Shown here: piece after piece, positions 38,940-48,604 of the stretch
Layout of the letters: the number at the start of each line of letters is the position of its first letter
Position numbering within the stretch: position 1 is the first letter of the stretch
Source: an uncultured Candidatus Bathyarchaeia archaeon
Lineage (GTDB): Archaea > Thermoproteota > Bathyarchaeia > 40CM-2-53-6 > DTDX01
DNA: 64,000 nucleotides
Direction: 5' to 3'
NCBI GenBank assembly: GCA_964608455.1
Contig: CAZSNM010000001.1
Location: forward strand, 11,030 to 75,029
Notes under the pieces: generated by a model
Database searches by the model: none
What the model saw: only the letters and a program-made list of their open reading frames with translations
What the model was told of the DNA's origin: nothing
Made by a program: the position numbers and the translations under genes

Positions 38940-40085
38940 GTGATTTATAAAATGGTTTTATCTGCTTCTGAAGAGCTTGAGAAAATGGCTGCTAAATATG
39001 CTAATGAAGCAATTCAATTAGATGGGCAAGGTTCAAAAGGAATGGCTATTTCACGCTATCAAAGAGCTATAGAAATTCTTTTAAAATTAACCTCTTTATA
39101 CCCTGACTCTCCCCAAACCAAAGTTTACTTAACTAGGATAGAAGCCTATCAAAAAAGGATTAAAGAATTAAGGGAATCACCAGTTTCTTTAGGAAGTCAA
39201 AGTTTTGAAGCAGCAACATTTAATCAACTTGTTATTTCTGAAAAACCTAATGTTAAATGGAGTGATATAGCAGATTTAGAGGAGGCTAAAAAAGCGATAG
39301 AGGAATCTATTATTTTCCCAGTTAAAAGACCTGATTTATTTCCTTTAGGTTGGCCAAGAGGCATCCTCTTTTTTGGTCCGCCTGGATGCGGAAAAACATT
39401 GCTTGCAGCTGCTGTAGCTACAGAAATAGATGCAGCATTTTATTGTGTTGACTCTGCCTCAATAATGTCTAAGTGGCTTGGAGAATCAGAGAAAAATGTA
39501 GCACAGCTTTTTGCTGAAGCACGAAATAAAGCCTCCTCCGGTCAACCAGCAATAATATTTCTTGATGAAATAGATTCTTTAATTGGTAAAAGAAGCAATG
39601 AAATTGGTGGAGAAATTAGAACTAGGAACCAGTTTTTAAAGGAGATGGATGGACTTCTAGATAAAAAGAAAAATCTTCATGTTTATGTAATTGGGGCAAC
39701 AAATAAACCTTGGGCTTTAGATGATGCATTTATAAGAAGATTTCAAAAAAGAATTTACATTCCCCTTCCAGATTATAATGCTAGACTTGAACTCTTTAAA
39801 ATTTATACAAGAGAAATTAAGCTTTCTCCAGAAGTTGACCTTAAATATCTAGCTAAAATTACAGAAGGTTATTCAGGAAGCGATATTAGAGATATTATTC
39901 AAGCAGCTCAGTTAGAAGTTGTTAGAGAATTTTTTGAAAAAGGAAATCCCAATGATAAACACGCTCTTCCAAAACCTGTAAGCATGGGAAATTTTATTAA
40001 TGCTTTAAGAAAAAGAAAACCAAGTGTCTCCTTTAATTTAACCAAAAATTATCTTTCTTGGTTTGAGGTTTATGGAGCAATATGA
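38940..40085 (+). CDS. cdvC: Vps4-like AAA+ ATPase (CdvC). The true start is possibly the ATG at 38952.
   Basis: N-terminal MIT domain (EELEKMAAKYANEAIQLD...AIEILLKL). Walker A GPPGCGKTLLA and Walker B IIFLDEIDS. Confidence 0.92.
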   Translation: MIYKMVLSASEELEKMAAKYANEAIQLDGQGSKGMAISRYQRAIEILLKLTSLYPDSPQTKVYLTRIEAYQKRIKELRESPVSLGSQSFEAATFNQLVISEKPNVKWSDIADLEEAKKAIEESIIFPVKRPDLFPLGWPRGILFFGPPGCGKTLLAAAVATEIDAAFYCVDSASIMSKWLGESEKNVAQLFAEARNKASSGQPAIIFLDEIDSLIGKRSNEIGGEIRTRNQFLKEMDGLLDKKKNLHVYVIGATNKPWALDDAFIRRFQKRIYIPLPDYNARLELFKIYTREIKLSPEVDLKYLAKITEGYSGSDIRDIIQAAQLEVVREFFEKGNPNDKHALPKPVSMGNFINALRKRKPSVSFNLTKNYLSWFEVYGAI

Positions 40086-40708
40086 AAAGAGGAGGGTTAA
40101 AATTGTTTAAAGAAAGAAAATCTTTTACGGAAAAATTAAGAGAATCCATTCATCCCACACCTTTAAGAAAAAAAATTTCTTTAACGTTAACCTCATTAAA
40201 AATTCAATTGAAAAGATTGGAGAATGCAGCTTATAGACTTGAGCAAAGAGATAAAATTCTTTATGGAAAATGTGTTTCAGCCTTGCAAAAAGGTGATAAA
40301 TATTTAGCTTCTCTTTACGCTAATGAATGTGCTGAAATAAGAAAAATTGCTAAAATAACTTTAACAAGTCAATTAGCTTTAGAAAAAGTAACTTTAAAAC
40401 TTGAAACAATAAGAGACTTTGGTGATATAGCTTACTCAATGAATTCAGTTACATCTATAATTGGAATGTTAAAAGATGGATTAAGAAACTTAATGCCTGA
40501 CATTTCTATGAAACTTGATGAAGTAAATGAAGATTTGCAAAGTTTAGTTATTGAAATGGGAGAAACAACTGATCAAGGGATAGATTTGGAAAGTGCAAGT
40601 GAAGATTCTAGAAAAATAATTGAAGAAGCAACCATTGTAGCTGAGCAAAAAATGAAGGAAAAATTCCCAGAGCTGCCTGTAATAGCAGCAAAAGAAACAA
40701 AAATTTGA
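40082..40708 (+). CDS. ESCRT-III (Snf7/CdvB-family) paralog
   Basis: Same conserved core as the other paralogs. The C-terminus AEQKMKEKFPELP is identical to that of the 36806 paralog. The start overlaps the Vps4 stop. Confidence 0.8.
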   Translation: MKRGGLKLFKERKSFTEKLRESIHPTPLRKKISLTLTSLKIQLKRLENAAYRLEQRDKILYGKCVSALQKGDKYLASLYANECAEIRKIAKITLTSQLALEKVTLKLETIRDFGDIAYSMNSVTSIIGMLKDGLRNLMPDISMKLDEVNEDLQSLVIEMGETTDQGIDLESASEDSRKIIEEATIVAEQKMKEKFPELPVIAAKETKI

Positions 40709-42050
40709 ACCTTAATGCTTTTCCCTATTTTTGTATAAACTCCTAAGGTTTTTTGAATTTTAAATTCCTCAAATTCTTTATTCTGTTTAGCATCATCATT
40801 AAAAAGTAATAATTTTCCATAAACTCCATCATGACCGCTAACATATTTTATTTCATTATTTCTTATCTTTAATATAACCTCAACTATTCGCTCATTTGTA
40901 ACTTTAATTAACTCATCTTTTGAAGCATTCAATAAAACATTTATTTCATTTTTAAATTTTTTAATTAAGCTCCAATATTCGCTCCATACTGTTTGCGAAT
41001 AAACAATTTAACTTATATACTTTAGCTATTATCTCCATTAAAGGAATAAGATGCTTAAATGGAATATACTCTTTTGGAATAAAACTTTCAGGTCTATCTG
41101 CAAGCTCTTCAACTCTTTGTAAAACACCAATAGTTAATTTTCTTCTGCATTTTGGACAAATATTATTAACTTTTATAGCTTCCTTCGGGTGAAAGCTAAC
41201 ATTGCATTTTCTATGGCCTGAAAAATGATATTTACCTGCTTCCGGAAAAATTTCCCCGGTCATAACAAGTTTTGATTTATCCTTATTTTTTATAGCTTCA
41301 TAAATTTCTTTAAATGAAATTTTATTAACTTTAAAACTGTAAATTCCCTTCCTAATCTTAAAGGGTTGGATGTATGAGAATCTGAAAAAGATACAAGCGT
41401 ATATTTATCAAGCTTACTTATTCTAAAAGCCATTGAAGGATCGCTTGAAAGGCCTGTTTCAAGAGCATAAATATGTTTTGATTTTTCTTGAAAACATTCC
41501 TCAATACTATTAAAACCTGATTTGAAACCTAAAACTCCAAACCATGGTGTAAAATAATGAGCTGGAATTATCAAAATATTTTTTGAAATGCTCATTAAAA
41601 TTTCTACAAATTCCATGCAATTCATTTCATTAAAGGTTGGTCATCCATCAGCTTTTAAATCACCAAACATTTCAAGTTTTTCATTAATTTGATCTACTAT
41701 CTCAAAGTTTTCAGCTAAAATTAAATTATGAACCCTTCTAATTACTCCATTAAATTTATAAATAATTGCATACTTCTGCGGAGAGAATAAATAAACTTCT
41801 CTCCCCCTCTAGTTTTAAAAATTCCTTCCCCATCAACTTCAAAGAGATTAGCTTTTAATTCTTTTAACCATTTTGGATGAGTAAAATCACCAGTTCCAAG
41901 CATATTAATTCCTTTTAATTTAGCATTTTCCTCTAAAATTATTAATTGTAATGTCTTTGCTTGCTGCACGACTAAGAGGAGAGTGAATATGAAGATCAGA
42001 ATAAATTAAACTCAATTCTTCATCAAACCAATTGAACCGCTAAAATTTAA
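40709..42050 (-). pseudogene. Disrupted endonuclease Q-like PHP-domain nuclease gene (frameshifted into at least 4 reading-frame pieces)
   Basis: Minus-strand translation gives ...YSDLHIHSPLSRAASKDIT in one frame, then LEENAKLKGINMLGTGDFTHPKW in another. Further pieces follow: IPAHYFTPWFGV...SDSHT, then a zinc-finger piece NICPKCRRKLTIGVLQRVEEL, then ...SGHDGVYGKLLLF. Together these resemble EndoQ-type proteins broken by frameshifts. No canonical start codon precedes DLHIHS. Confidence 0.5.
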
Positions 42051-42108
42051 AAATAGTATGACTTCAAAAAATATTTTTTGTTTAAAAATAAGGAGGAAAA
42101 AAGTAGAG

Positions 42109-43374
42109 TTATGGGAATAACCCAAGTTTTACATGAGCATCAGCAACCCTACTTATAGCTAGCATGTAGGCCGCTGTTCTCATGCTTACCTTTTCTTTTT
42201 TAGAAATTTCCAAAACATCATTAAAGGCTTTAACCATTCGTTCTTCAAGTCTTCTATTAACTTCTTCTTCAGACCATCTATCCCTGTTTAGATTTTGAAC
42301 CCATTCAAAATAACTGACTGTAACTCCTCCACTATTGGCTAAAATATCTGGAATTGCTAATATTCCTCTATTATATAGGATGTCATCTGCTTCAAGTGTT
42401 GTTGGACCATTAGCTCCTTCAGAAATTATTTTAGCTTTTATTTTATGAGCATTATCTTTAGTAATCACATTTTCCATAGCTGCAGGAACAAGAATATCGC
42501 ATTCAAGCTCTAAAAGCTCCTCATTAGTAATTTTTTTACTTCCATCAAATCCTACAACAGATCCGGTCTTCTTTTTATATTTAAGAACTTCATCTGGGTC
42601 TAATCCATTAGAACTTAATATTCCTCCCTTAGAATCGCTAACAGCTATTATTTTACATCCCATTTCATGTAAGATTTTTGCTGCCCAAAAACCCACATTT
42701 CCATATCCTTGAACAGCAACTGTTGCTCCTTTTAAACTTAAACCTAAATGCTTAGTTGCTTCTCTAGCGCATATAGCAACGCCCCTTCCTGTAGCTGATT
42801 CTCTACCATATGAACCACCTAACTCTACAGGTTTTCCTGTAACAACTTCTGGAACAGCATAACCTTTAAGGCTACTATATGTATCCATTATCCAAGCCAT
42901 TACTTGAGCATCAGTTCCCATATCTGGTGCAGGCACATCTTTAAATGGTCCTATCTCATCCATAATCATAGCTGTATATCTTCTAGTTAATCTTTCCAAT
43001 TCTCCCTTAGAAAGTTTTTTAGGATCGCATACAACACCTCCTTTAGCTCCCCCATATGGAATATCTACAACAGCTGTTTTAAAAGTCATCCACATTGCAA
43101 GCGCTTTAACTTCATCTAAATCCACGTTTGGATGATATCTTATTCCGCCTTTATATGGGCCTCTCCACATATTATGCTGAACTCTATAGCCTGTAAATAC
43201 CTTTACTTTACCATCATCCATTCTAACTGGAACTGAAACGATTAAAACCCTTCTTGGATGCTTAAGTTGCTCTATAACATCATCACTTATTCCAATTCTT
43301 TTAGCTACTCTTTCTATTTGTTTCACAGCTTCTTCAAAAGGATTTACCTTAATAGTAGTTGTATTTACACTCAT
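42109..43374 (-). CDS. gdhA: Glutamate dehydrogenase
   Basis: GGSYGRESATGRGV and VQGYGNVG (Rossmann). Size is 421 aa. Confidence 0.93.
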   Translation of the reverse strand: MSVNTTTIKVNPFEEAVKQIERVAKRIGISDDVIEQLKHPRRVLIVSVPVRMDDGKVKVFTGYRVQHNMWRGPYKGGIRYHPNVDLDEVKALAMWMTFKTAVVDIPYGGAKGGVVCDPKKLSKGELERLTRRYTAMIMDEIGPFKDVPAPDMGTDAQVMAWIMDTYSSLKGYAVPEVVTGKPVELGGSYGRESATGRGVAICAREATKHLGLSLKGATVAVQGYGNVGFWAAKILHEMGCKIIAVSDSKGGILSSNGLDPDEVLKYKKKTGSVVGFDGSKKITNEELLELECDILVPAAMENVITKDNAHKIKAKIISEGANGPTTLEADDILYNRGILAIPDILANSGGVTVSYFEWVQNLNRDRWSEEEVNRRLEERMVKAFNDVLEISKKEKVSMRTAAYMLAISRVADAHVKLGLFP

Positions 43375-43583
43375 TTTTTAACCTCCTTTGTTTTCAGTTG
43401 TATAATTAAGTAAACTAATAAAACTTTCCATAACATTGTGAATTAATATAAAGCTTAAAAATCTAATTGATAAGTACTTTAACTATTAATTTATAAGGGT
43501 TAGAAAACAAAATTCTTTTTATTTACTTTTAGGGAAATGATATAATGATATTTTGAAATAAGAAATTAGAGGGGAAAATTGCC

Positions 43584-44555
43584 TTGTCTAATGTTATGTG
43601 GACCGAAAAATATAGGCCGAAAACCTTAGATGAAATGGTAAATCAAGAGGAAATAGTTGAAAGATTAAAAAAATTTGTTAAAACAAAAACTATGCCTCAT
43701 TGTCTTTTTTCTGGGCCTCCAGGAACAGGGAAAACTACTGCAGCTATATGCCTAGCTAGAGATTTATTTGGAGAAAATTATGCAGAAGCCTTTATGGAGC
43801 TTAATGCTAGTGATGCTAGAGGAATAGATGTTGTTCGAACCACTGTTAAAGAATTTGCTAGAATTGCGCCTATAAGCAAGCTTCCATTTAAAATTCTTGT
43901 TTTAGATGAAGCAGACAATATGACTGCGGATGCTCAACATGCTTTAAGAAGAACAATGGAGAAATATACGGAAACTTGCAGATTCATTTTATGTTGCAAT
44001 TATTCTGGAAAAATTATTGAACCTATTCAATCTAGATGCGCTTTATTTAGGTTTACTCAATTAAAAAATGAGGATATGGCAAAATATTTAAAAATGATTG
44101 CTGAAAAAGAGAAAGTAAAACTTCTTGAAGATGGATTAAATGCAATTTTAAATGTGGCAAATGGCGACTTAAGAAAGGCTATAAATACCTTGCAAGCAGC
44201 AGCTTCTTTAGAAAAACCTATAGATGAAAAAACAGTTTATATGGTTGTTGGTTTAGCTAAACCTGAAGATGTTCAAGAAATGCTTGAATTAAGCTTTAAA
44301 GGAAACTTTGTAGAAGCTAGAAAAAAGCTTAGGTTAATGCTTATGGAATATGGTCTCTCTGGATTAGATATTCTTAAACAGGTTCATTCTGAAATTTTTA
44401 AGTTAAATTTACCTGATGAAGAAAAACTTAAACTTGCTGATTTAATTGGTGAAATTGATTATAGGCTTTCTCAAGGAGCTGATGAAGAAATTCAGTTAAG
44501 CGCTATGCTAGCTAAATTAGCTTTATATGGTTCTAATAGGGGAAGCGCAAATTGA
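43584..44555 (+). CDS. rfcS: Replication factor C small subunit
   Basis: WTEKYRPKTLDEMV...FSGPPGTGKTT and DEAD-like LDEADNM. Size is 323 aa. Confidence 0.93.
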   Translation: MSNVMWTEKYRPKTLDEMVNQEEIVERLKKFVKTKTMPHCLFSGPPGTGKTTAAICLARDLFGENYAEAFMELNASDARGIDVVRTTVKEFARIAPISKLPFKILVLDEADNMTADAQHALRRTMEKYTETCRFILCCNYSGKIIEPIQSRCALFRFTQLKNEDMAKYLKMIAEKEKVKLLEDGLNAILNVANGDLRKAINTLQAAASLEKPIDEKTVYMVVGLAKPEDVQEMLELSFKGNFVEARKKLRLMLMEYGLSGLDILKQVHSEIFKLNLPDEEKLKLADLIGEIDYRLSQGADEEIQLSAMLAKLALYGSNRGSAN

Positions 44556-45769
44556 GCATTCCATGGATTATAAAGTATCGACCTAAACATTTAAATGAAG
44601 TTGTAAATAATGAGCAGGCTAAGGAAAATCTATTAAAATGGATTAAAGCTTTAGAGCAGGGTAAAAGCGTTAAAAAAGCTGTTTTGCTTTATGGGCCTCC
44701 AGGAACAGGAAAAACAGTTACTGTTGAAGCTTTAGCTAAAGATTTAGGATATGATTTAATAGAGATAAACGCCAGCGATAAAAGAAACAGCGAGGAATTG
44801 ATGAGAATAGCAGGTTCAGCAGCCACTCAAGGAGAATTAATTGGTAAAAAACGTTTAATTCTTCTTGATGAAATAGATGGTATAAATTTAGAGGAAGATA
44901 AAGGAGCTGTTGCAACTGTTAATCAAATTTTAAAGGAAGCTAAACATCCAATTATTCTTACAGCTAATGATCCTTGGGATCCTAAAATAGCTCCATTAAG
45001 AAATTCATGCGAATTAATCGAGTTTAAAAGATTAACTTCTAAAGTTTGTCTTCCATATTTAAAGAAAATATGTTTAAATGAAGGTGTTAAACCTGAAGAT
45101 GAAGCTTTAAAATTTATAATTGAAAAAAACAATGGAGATATGCGATCTATAGTTAACGACTTAGAAATGCTTTGCATTGGTAGAAAAGAATTAACTTTAA
45201 ATGATGTTTCATGGATAAGCTCAAGGGATAGAAAAGAAAGCATTTTTACCGCTTTAGGGCTTATTTTCTCTGGGAGAAACTGTGTTTTTGCTCGAAAAGC
45301 CGTAGATTTAGTGGATATAGATTATGAAATGCTTTTTGAATGGATTTATGAAAATGCGCCGCATCAACTTACAAATGCTTTTGATTTATGCAATGCTATG
45401 GAAGCTTTAGCTAAATCAAATCTTTACTTAACTAGAGTTAAGAAGCATCAAAACTGGAGTCTTCTTCCCTATGCCTTAAATTTAATGACTGTTGGCGTAT
45501 GCGCTTCAAAAAAGAAAACTAAATCCAAGTTTACTCCTATTAAATTTCCAGAAAGAATAAGATTTTTATCACAAAGCAAAACTGAAAGAGAAATTAAAAT
45601 TAAATTAGGAAAATTAATTGGAAAAGAAACGCATTTATCAACTTTCAAAAGCCTTAAATATTATTTACCTTATCTCAAATTTATTTTTAAACATAATCAA
45701 AAACTTGCTGGGAAAATTAGTGAAAAACTAAATTTTGATGAAGATATTATAAATTTTCTTAAGAAATAG
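44552..45769 (+). CDS. rfcL: Replication factor C large subunit
   Basis: WIIKYRPKHLNEVV...LYGPPGTGKT. The start overlaps the rfcS stop. Confidence 0.9.
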   Translation: MSIPWIIKYRPKHLNEVVNNEQAKENLLKWIKALEQGKSVKKAVLLYGPPGTGKTVTVEALAKDLGYDLIEINASDKRNSEELMRIAGSAATQGELIGKKRLILLDEIDGINLEEDKGAVATVNQILKEAKHPIILTANDPWDPKIAPLRNSCELIEFKRLTSKVCLPYLKKICLNEGVKPEDEALKFIIEKNNGDMRSIVNDLEMLCIGRKELTLNDVSWISSRDRKESIFTALGLIFSGRNCVFARKAVDLVDIDYEMLFEWIYENAPHQLTNAFDLCNAMEALAKSNLYLTRVKKHQNWSLLPYALNLMTVGVCASKKKTKSKFTPIKFPERIRFLSQSKTEREIKIKLGKLIGKETHLSTFKSLKYYLPYLKFIFKHNQKLAGKISEKLNFDEDIINFLKK

Positions 45770-46700
45770 TTTTAGTTTCTTTATAAAATGGTTCTCTTAA
45801 CTCATTAGCTTTAAGAAATAATGCTTTTAAAACATCATCTGAAGCATCACTTCTTAAGTAAGGTAAAATATCAACTAAATTGTCGTTTCTCATTAAGCAA
45901 GGCTTTAATTTTCCATCAAAGGTTAATCTCATTCTTGTGCAATGTGCGCAAAACTCTGTATTTTCTATAGGTTTAACAACCTCGATTTTAGCTCCATCAA
46001 TTGTATACACTTTTCTATTATGCATAAAATTTCTTACTTCAATTTTTTCAGCTTTCATACGTAATTTTTCTTCGATGTTATCTAAAGGTAAATGGTATTT
46101 AGCATATTCTTCAAAACAAATATTTATTGGTTCAAATTCAATTAATTGAAGAATAACACCCATTTTTTTTGAAGCTTCTATCATAGAGTCTATTTCGCAA
46201 TCGTTTAACCCTTTTAAAACAACCATGTTTATTTTCACAGGAGTCAATCCAGCGTTAATAGCTGCTTTAACCCCTCTTAATGCTCCATTAATTTCTCCTC
46301 CAGTAATTTTTCTATAGATTATTGGATTTAGCGAAGGTAAACTTATGTTAATTCTGGTAAGCCCCGCTTCTTTCAGTTCAAATGCTAAATCTTCAGTTAA
46401 TAATTTAGCATTTGTAACAAGAGATATATCTTTCAATTTTTGAATTTCCCTCAAACCTTTTATAATCGCTTTAATATCCTTTCTCATTAATGGTTCCCCC
46501 CCAGTAATTTTTACATCTTCTACCCCAAATTCAGTAGCAATTTTAACTACTCTAATTATTTCATTTACGCTTAACAAATTTGTTTTACCAGTATGGCCTT
46601 CTCTATGACAATAAAAACAGTTTTGATTGCATGAAGGTGTTATAGCTATTCTAAGATTTAATAATGGACGATTATATTTATCTAAAAGCAAAAATTTCAC
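45759..46700 (-). CDS. moaA: GTP 3',8-cyclase MoaA (radical SAM)
   Basis: ITPSCNQNCFYCHREG is a CxxxCxxC motif. Size is 313 aa. Confidence 0.9.
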   Translation of the reverse strand: MKFLLLDKYNRPLLNLRIAITPSCNQNCFYCHREGHTGKTNLLSVNEIIRVVKIATEFGVEDVKITGGEPLMRKDIKAIIKGLREIQKLKDISLVTNAKLLTEDLAFELKEAGLTRINISLPSLNPIIYRKITGGEINGALRGVKAAINAGLTPVKINMVVLKGLNDCEIDSMIEASKKMGVILQLIEFEPINICFEEYAKYHLPLDNIEEKLRMKAEKIEVRNFMHNRKVYTIDGAKIEVVKPIENTEFCAHCTRMRLTFDGKLKPCLMRNDNLVDILPYLRSDASDDVLKALFLKANELREPFYKETKTIS

Positions 46701-47236
46701 TCTCTTGCATGCTTAACTATATGAGGTAACTCTGGAATTATTAATGAGGAAACCGCTAACTTAACAGCTTCGGGCGATCCAGGTAAACAAAATATTGCTT
46801 TAGATTTAGCCACTCCAGCTAAAGCTCTAGTTAATATCGCTGCTGAACCAATTTTTTCATAGCTAAGCTTTCTAAATAATTCTCCAAATCCTGGAAGCTC
46901 CTTTTCTATAAGCTCTTTTATAGCTTCTATAGTAACATCTTTTTTAGTTATACCTGTTCCACCAGTAATTATTATGGCATCAACATCTTTTGAATACAAA
47001 ATTTCTTTAACCTTTTCTTTAATTAAAACTAAGTTGTCTGGAAGAATAATTCTTTGATAAACGTTATAACCTGCCTTTTTAATTAATTCCTCTATTAAAT
47101 TTCCTGAAACATCATTAATTTCCTCTCCCCTTTTTAAGCTTAAATATTTAGAATCGCTGCAAGTTAATATAGATATATTCAATGTTTTAGGGGATTCAGA
47201 TTTATGTTTTATTGATGTTTCACTCATTATTCTCAC
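46697..47236 (-). CDS. moaB: MoaB/MogA-family molybdopterin adenylyltransferase-like protein
   Basis: MogA/MoaB fold motif IITGGTGITKKD. Overlaps moaA and moaC in an operon arrangement. Confidence 0.8.
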   Translation of the reverse strand: MRIMSETSIKHKSESPKTLNISILTCSDSKYLSLKRGEEINDVSGNLIEELIKKAGYNVYQRIILPDNLVLIKEKVKEILYSKDVDAIIITGGTGITKKDVTIEAIKELIEKELPGFGELFRKLSYEKIGSAAILTRALAGVAKSKAIFCLPGSPEAVKLAVSSLIIPELPHIVKHARE

Positions 47237-47681
47237 TCTTCAATTTTTCTTTAACTTTAATCGATTCTATTAAGGTTGTTGGGTATTGTCCTTTTTCATC
47301 CTTTTCATATTGCTTAACCATATCCCATATTGTTAAAAGGTAAACTGCAACTGCTGTTAAAGCTTCCATCTCAACCCCTGTTTTAGCTGTTGTTTTAACT
47401 TTAACTTCAACCTCTATAGAGTTAGAGTTTAATTTTGAATTTAAAGAAACATTTGTTATTGGAATTGGATGACATAAGGGAATTATTTGGCTTGTATTTT
47501 TAGCAGCCATAATCGCGGCTATTTCTGCGGTAATTAATGGATCGCCTTTAGCAATTTTTCCGTTTTTAATAAGCGAGATTGTTTGAGGCTTTAAAATTAT
47601 TTTTCCTAAAGCTGAAGCTTCTCTAAAAACTTCTTTTTTTTCAGTAATATCAATCATTTCGGTTTTTTTAAAGCTGCTCAA
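47220..47681 (-). CDS. moaC: Cyclic pyranopterin monophosphate synthase MoaC
   Basis: MIDITEKKEVFREA...LCHPIP matches the MoaC signature. Size is 153 aa. Confidence 0.9.
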   Translation of the reverse strand: MSSFKKTEMIDITEKKEVFREASALGKIILKPQTISLIKNGKIAKGDPLITAEIAAIMAAKNTSQIIPLCHPIPITNVSLNSKLNSNSIEVEVKVKTTAKTGVEMEALTAVAVYLLTIWDMVKQYEKDEKGQYPTTLIESIKVKEKLKSENNE

Positions 47682-47762
47682 TTTAAAGCTACCTCTTTTA
47701 ATCTCTTAAATATTAAATTATTTATACTTCCTTATTGCTTTATTTATATTGTGGGAGTTTAA

Positions 47763-47951
47763 ATGTGTAAGTTGGCTAAGTTATCTGAAGAAGAATTAAA
47801 ATTGATTCAAGAGCTTGAAGCAAAATTAAATCATATAGTTTTAATTGCTTATGAGAAACCTCCTGAAATAGCTAAATTAACAAATGAACAACTTGAAAAA
47901 ATTAAGAATTTAGAAAGTCAATTGAAAGTTAAATTAGTAGCTTACAAATAA
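47763..47951 (+). CDS. Small hypothetical coiled-coil protein with an internal tandem repeat
   Basis: 62 aa. The two halves are LSEEELKLIQELEAKLNHIVLIAYEK and LTNEQLEKIKNLESQLKVKLVAYK. Confidence 0.35.
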   Translation: MCKLAKLSEEELKLIQELEAKLNHIVLIAYEKPPEIAKLTNEQLEKIKNLESQLKVKLVAYK

Positions 47952-47991
47952 AGAAAAAATAAAAATATGAAACTTGGGAAAGTAGTTGGGA

Positions 47992-48456
47992 TTAAGTGGA
48001 AAAATTTGCCCATCTATTTAGGTAATCCCATAAATCTTCTTCAGTAATTCCCTCAATTTCTTCAAGAAATTCATAAAGTTGCTTTAAAGAAGTGTGATGT
48101 CTATACTCTTCACCAAGAATTCCCTCTAAAATCAATTTAACATTTTTTTCATCAACTTTTTTTACAAGTTCCTCCATTTTATTAAGCATTTCCTGTTCTT
48201 CGTTTATATGTTTTTCTAAAGCTTCTTTAATTTCGGTTTTTTCTACACTTGAAAATATTTTTCCCTGAATTATGTCTTCTAAGGATTGAAGAATATGAGC
48301 ATGCTTTAATGAATCCATTCTTATAACATCTAAAAGAAGCTTAACCACTTCATTTATTGTTTTATTTATTGTTGAATTTAATTCATTTGCAACTTTAATT
48401 TCTAACGCTTTTTGTTCTCTAAGCATATTTAAAAATTCTTTATCAGAAGTTTTCAT
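47992..48456 (-). CDS. Hypothetical helical protein (154 aa)
   Basis: Intact ORF. A GGAGG sits upstream of the ATG on the minus strand. I recognise no family. Confidence 0.4.
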   Translation of the reverse strand: MKTSDKEFLNMLREQKALEIKVANELNSTINKTINEVVKLLLDVIRMDSLKHAHILQSLEDIIQGKIFSSVEKTEIKEALEKHINEEQEMLNKMEELVKKVDEKNVKLILEGILGEEYRHHTSLKQLYEFLEEIEGITEEDLWDYLNRWANFST

Positions 48457-48478
48457 TTAAATGAAAACCTCCTGAAGA

Positions 48479-48567
48479 GGGGTTCTCCTCATTCTTGCCT
48501 GCGGTTTTGCAGGTCTCAAGATCTAAGGCATTTAAATACCTTCGGGCCAGACCAGTCATAGAACCCC
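48479..48567. ncRNA. Candidate structured RNA element (GC-rich nested stem-loops) between the ilvD 3' end and the 5' end of the 154-aa ORF
   Basis: An 8-bp closing helix pairs GGGGTTCT (48479-48486) with AGAACCCC (48560-67). Inside it is the hairpin CCTGC-GGTTTT-GCAGG (48498-48513) and a C-C-UUCG-G-G tetraloop hairpin (plus strand). It is a GC-rich island in AT-rich DNA. Confidence 0.3.
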
Positions 48568-48604
48568 CAAATTATTTATATATAAATTGAGAATATAAAA
48601 AGAT

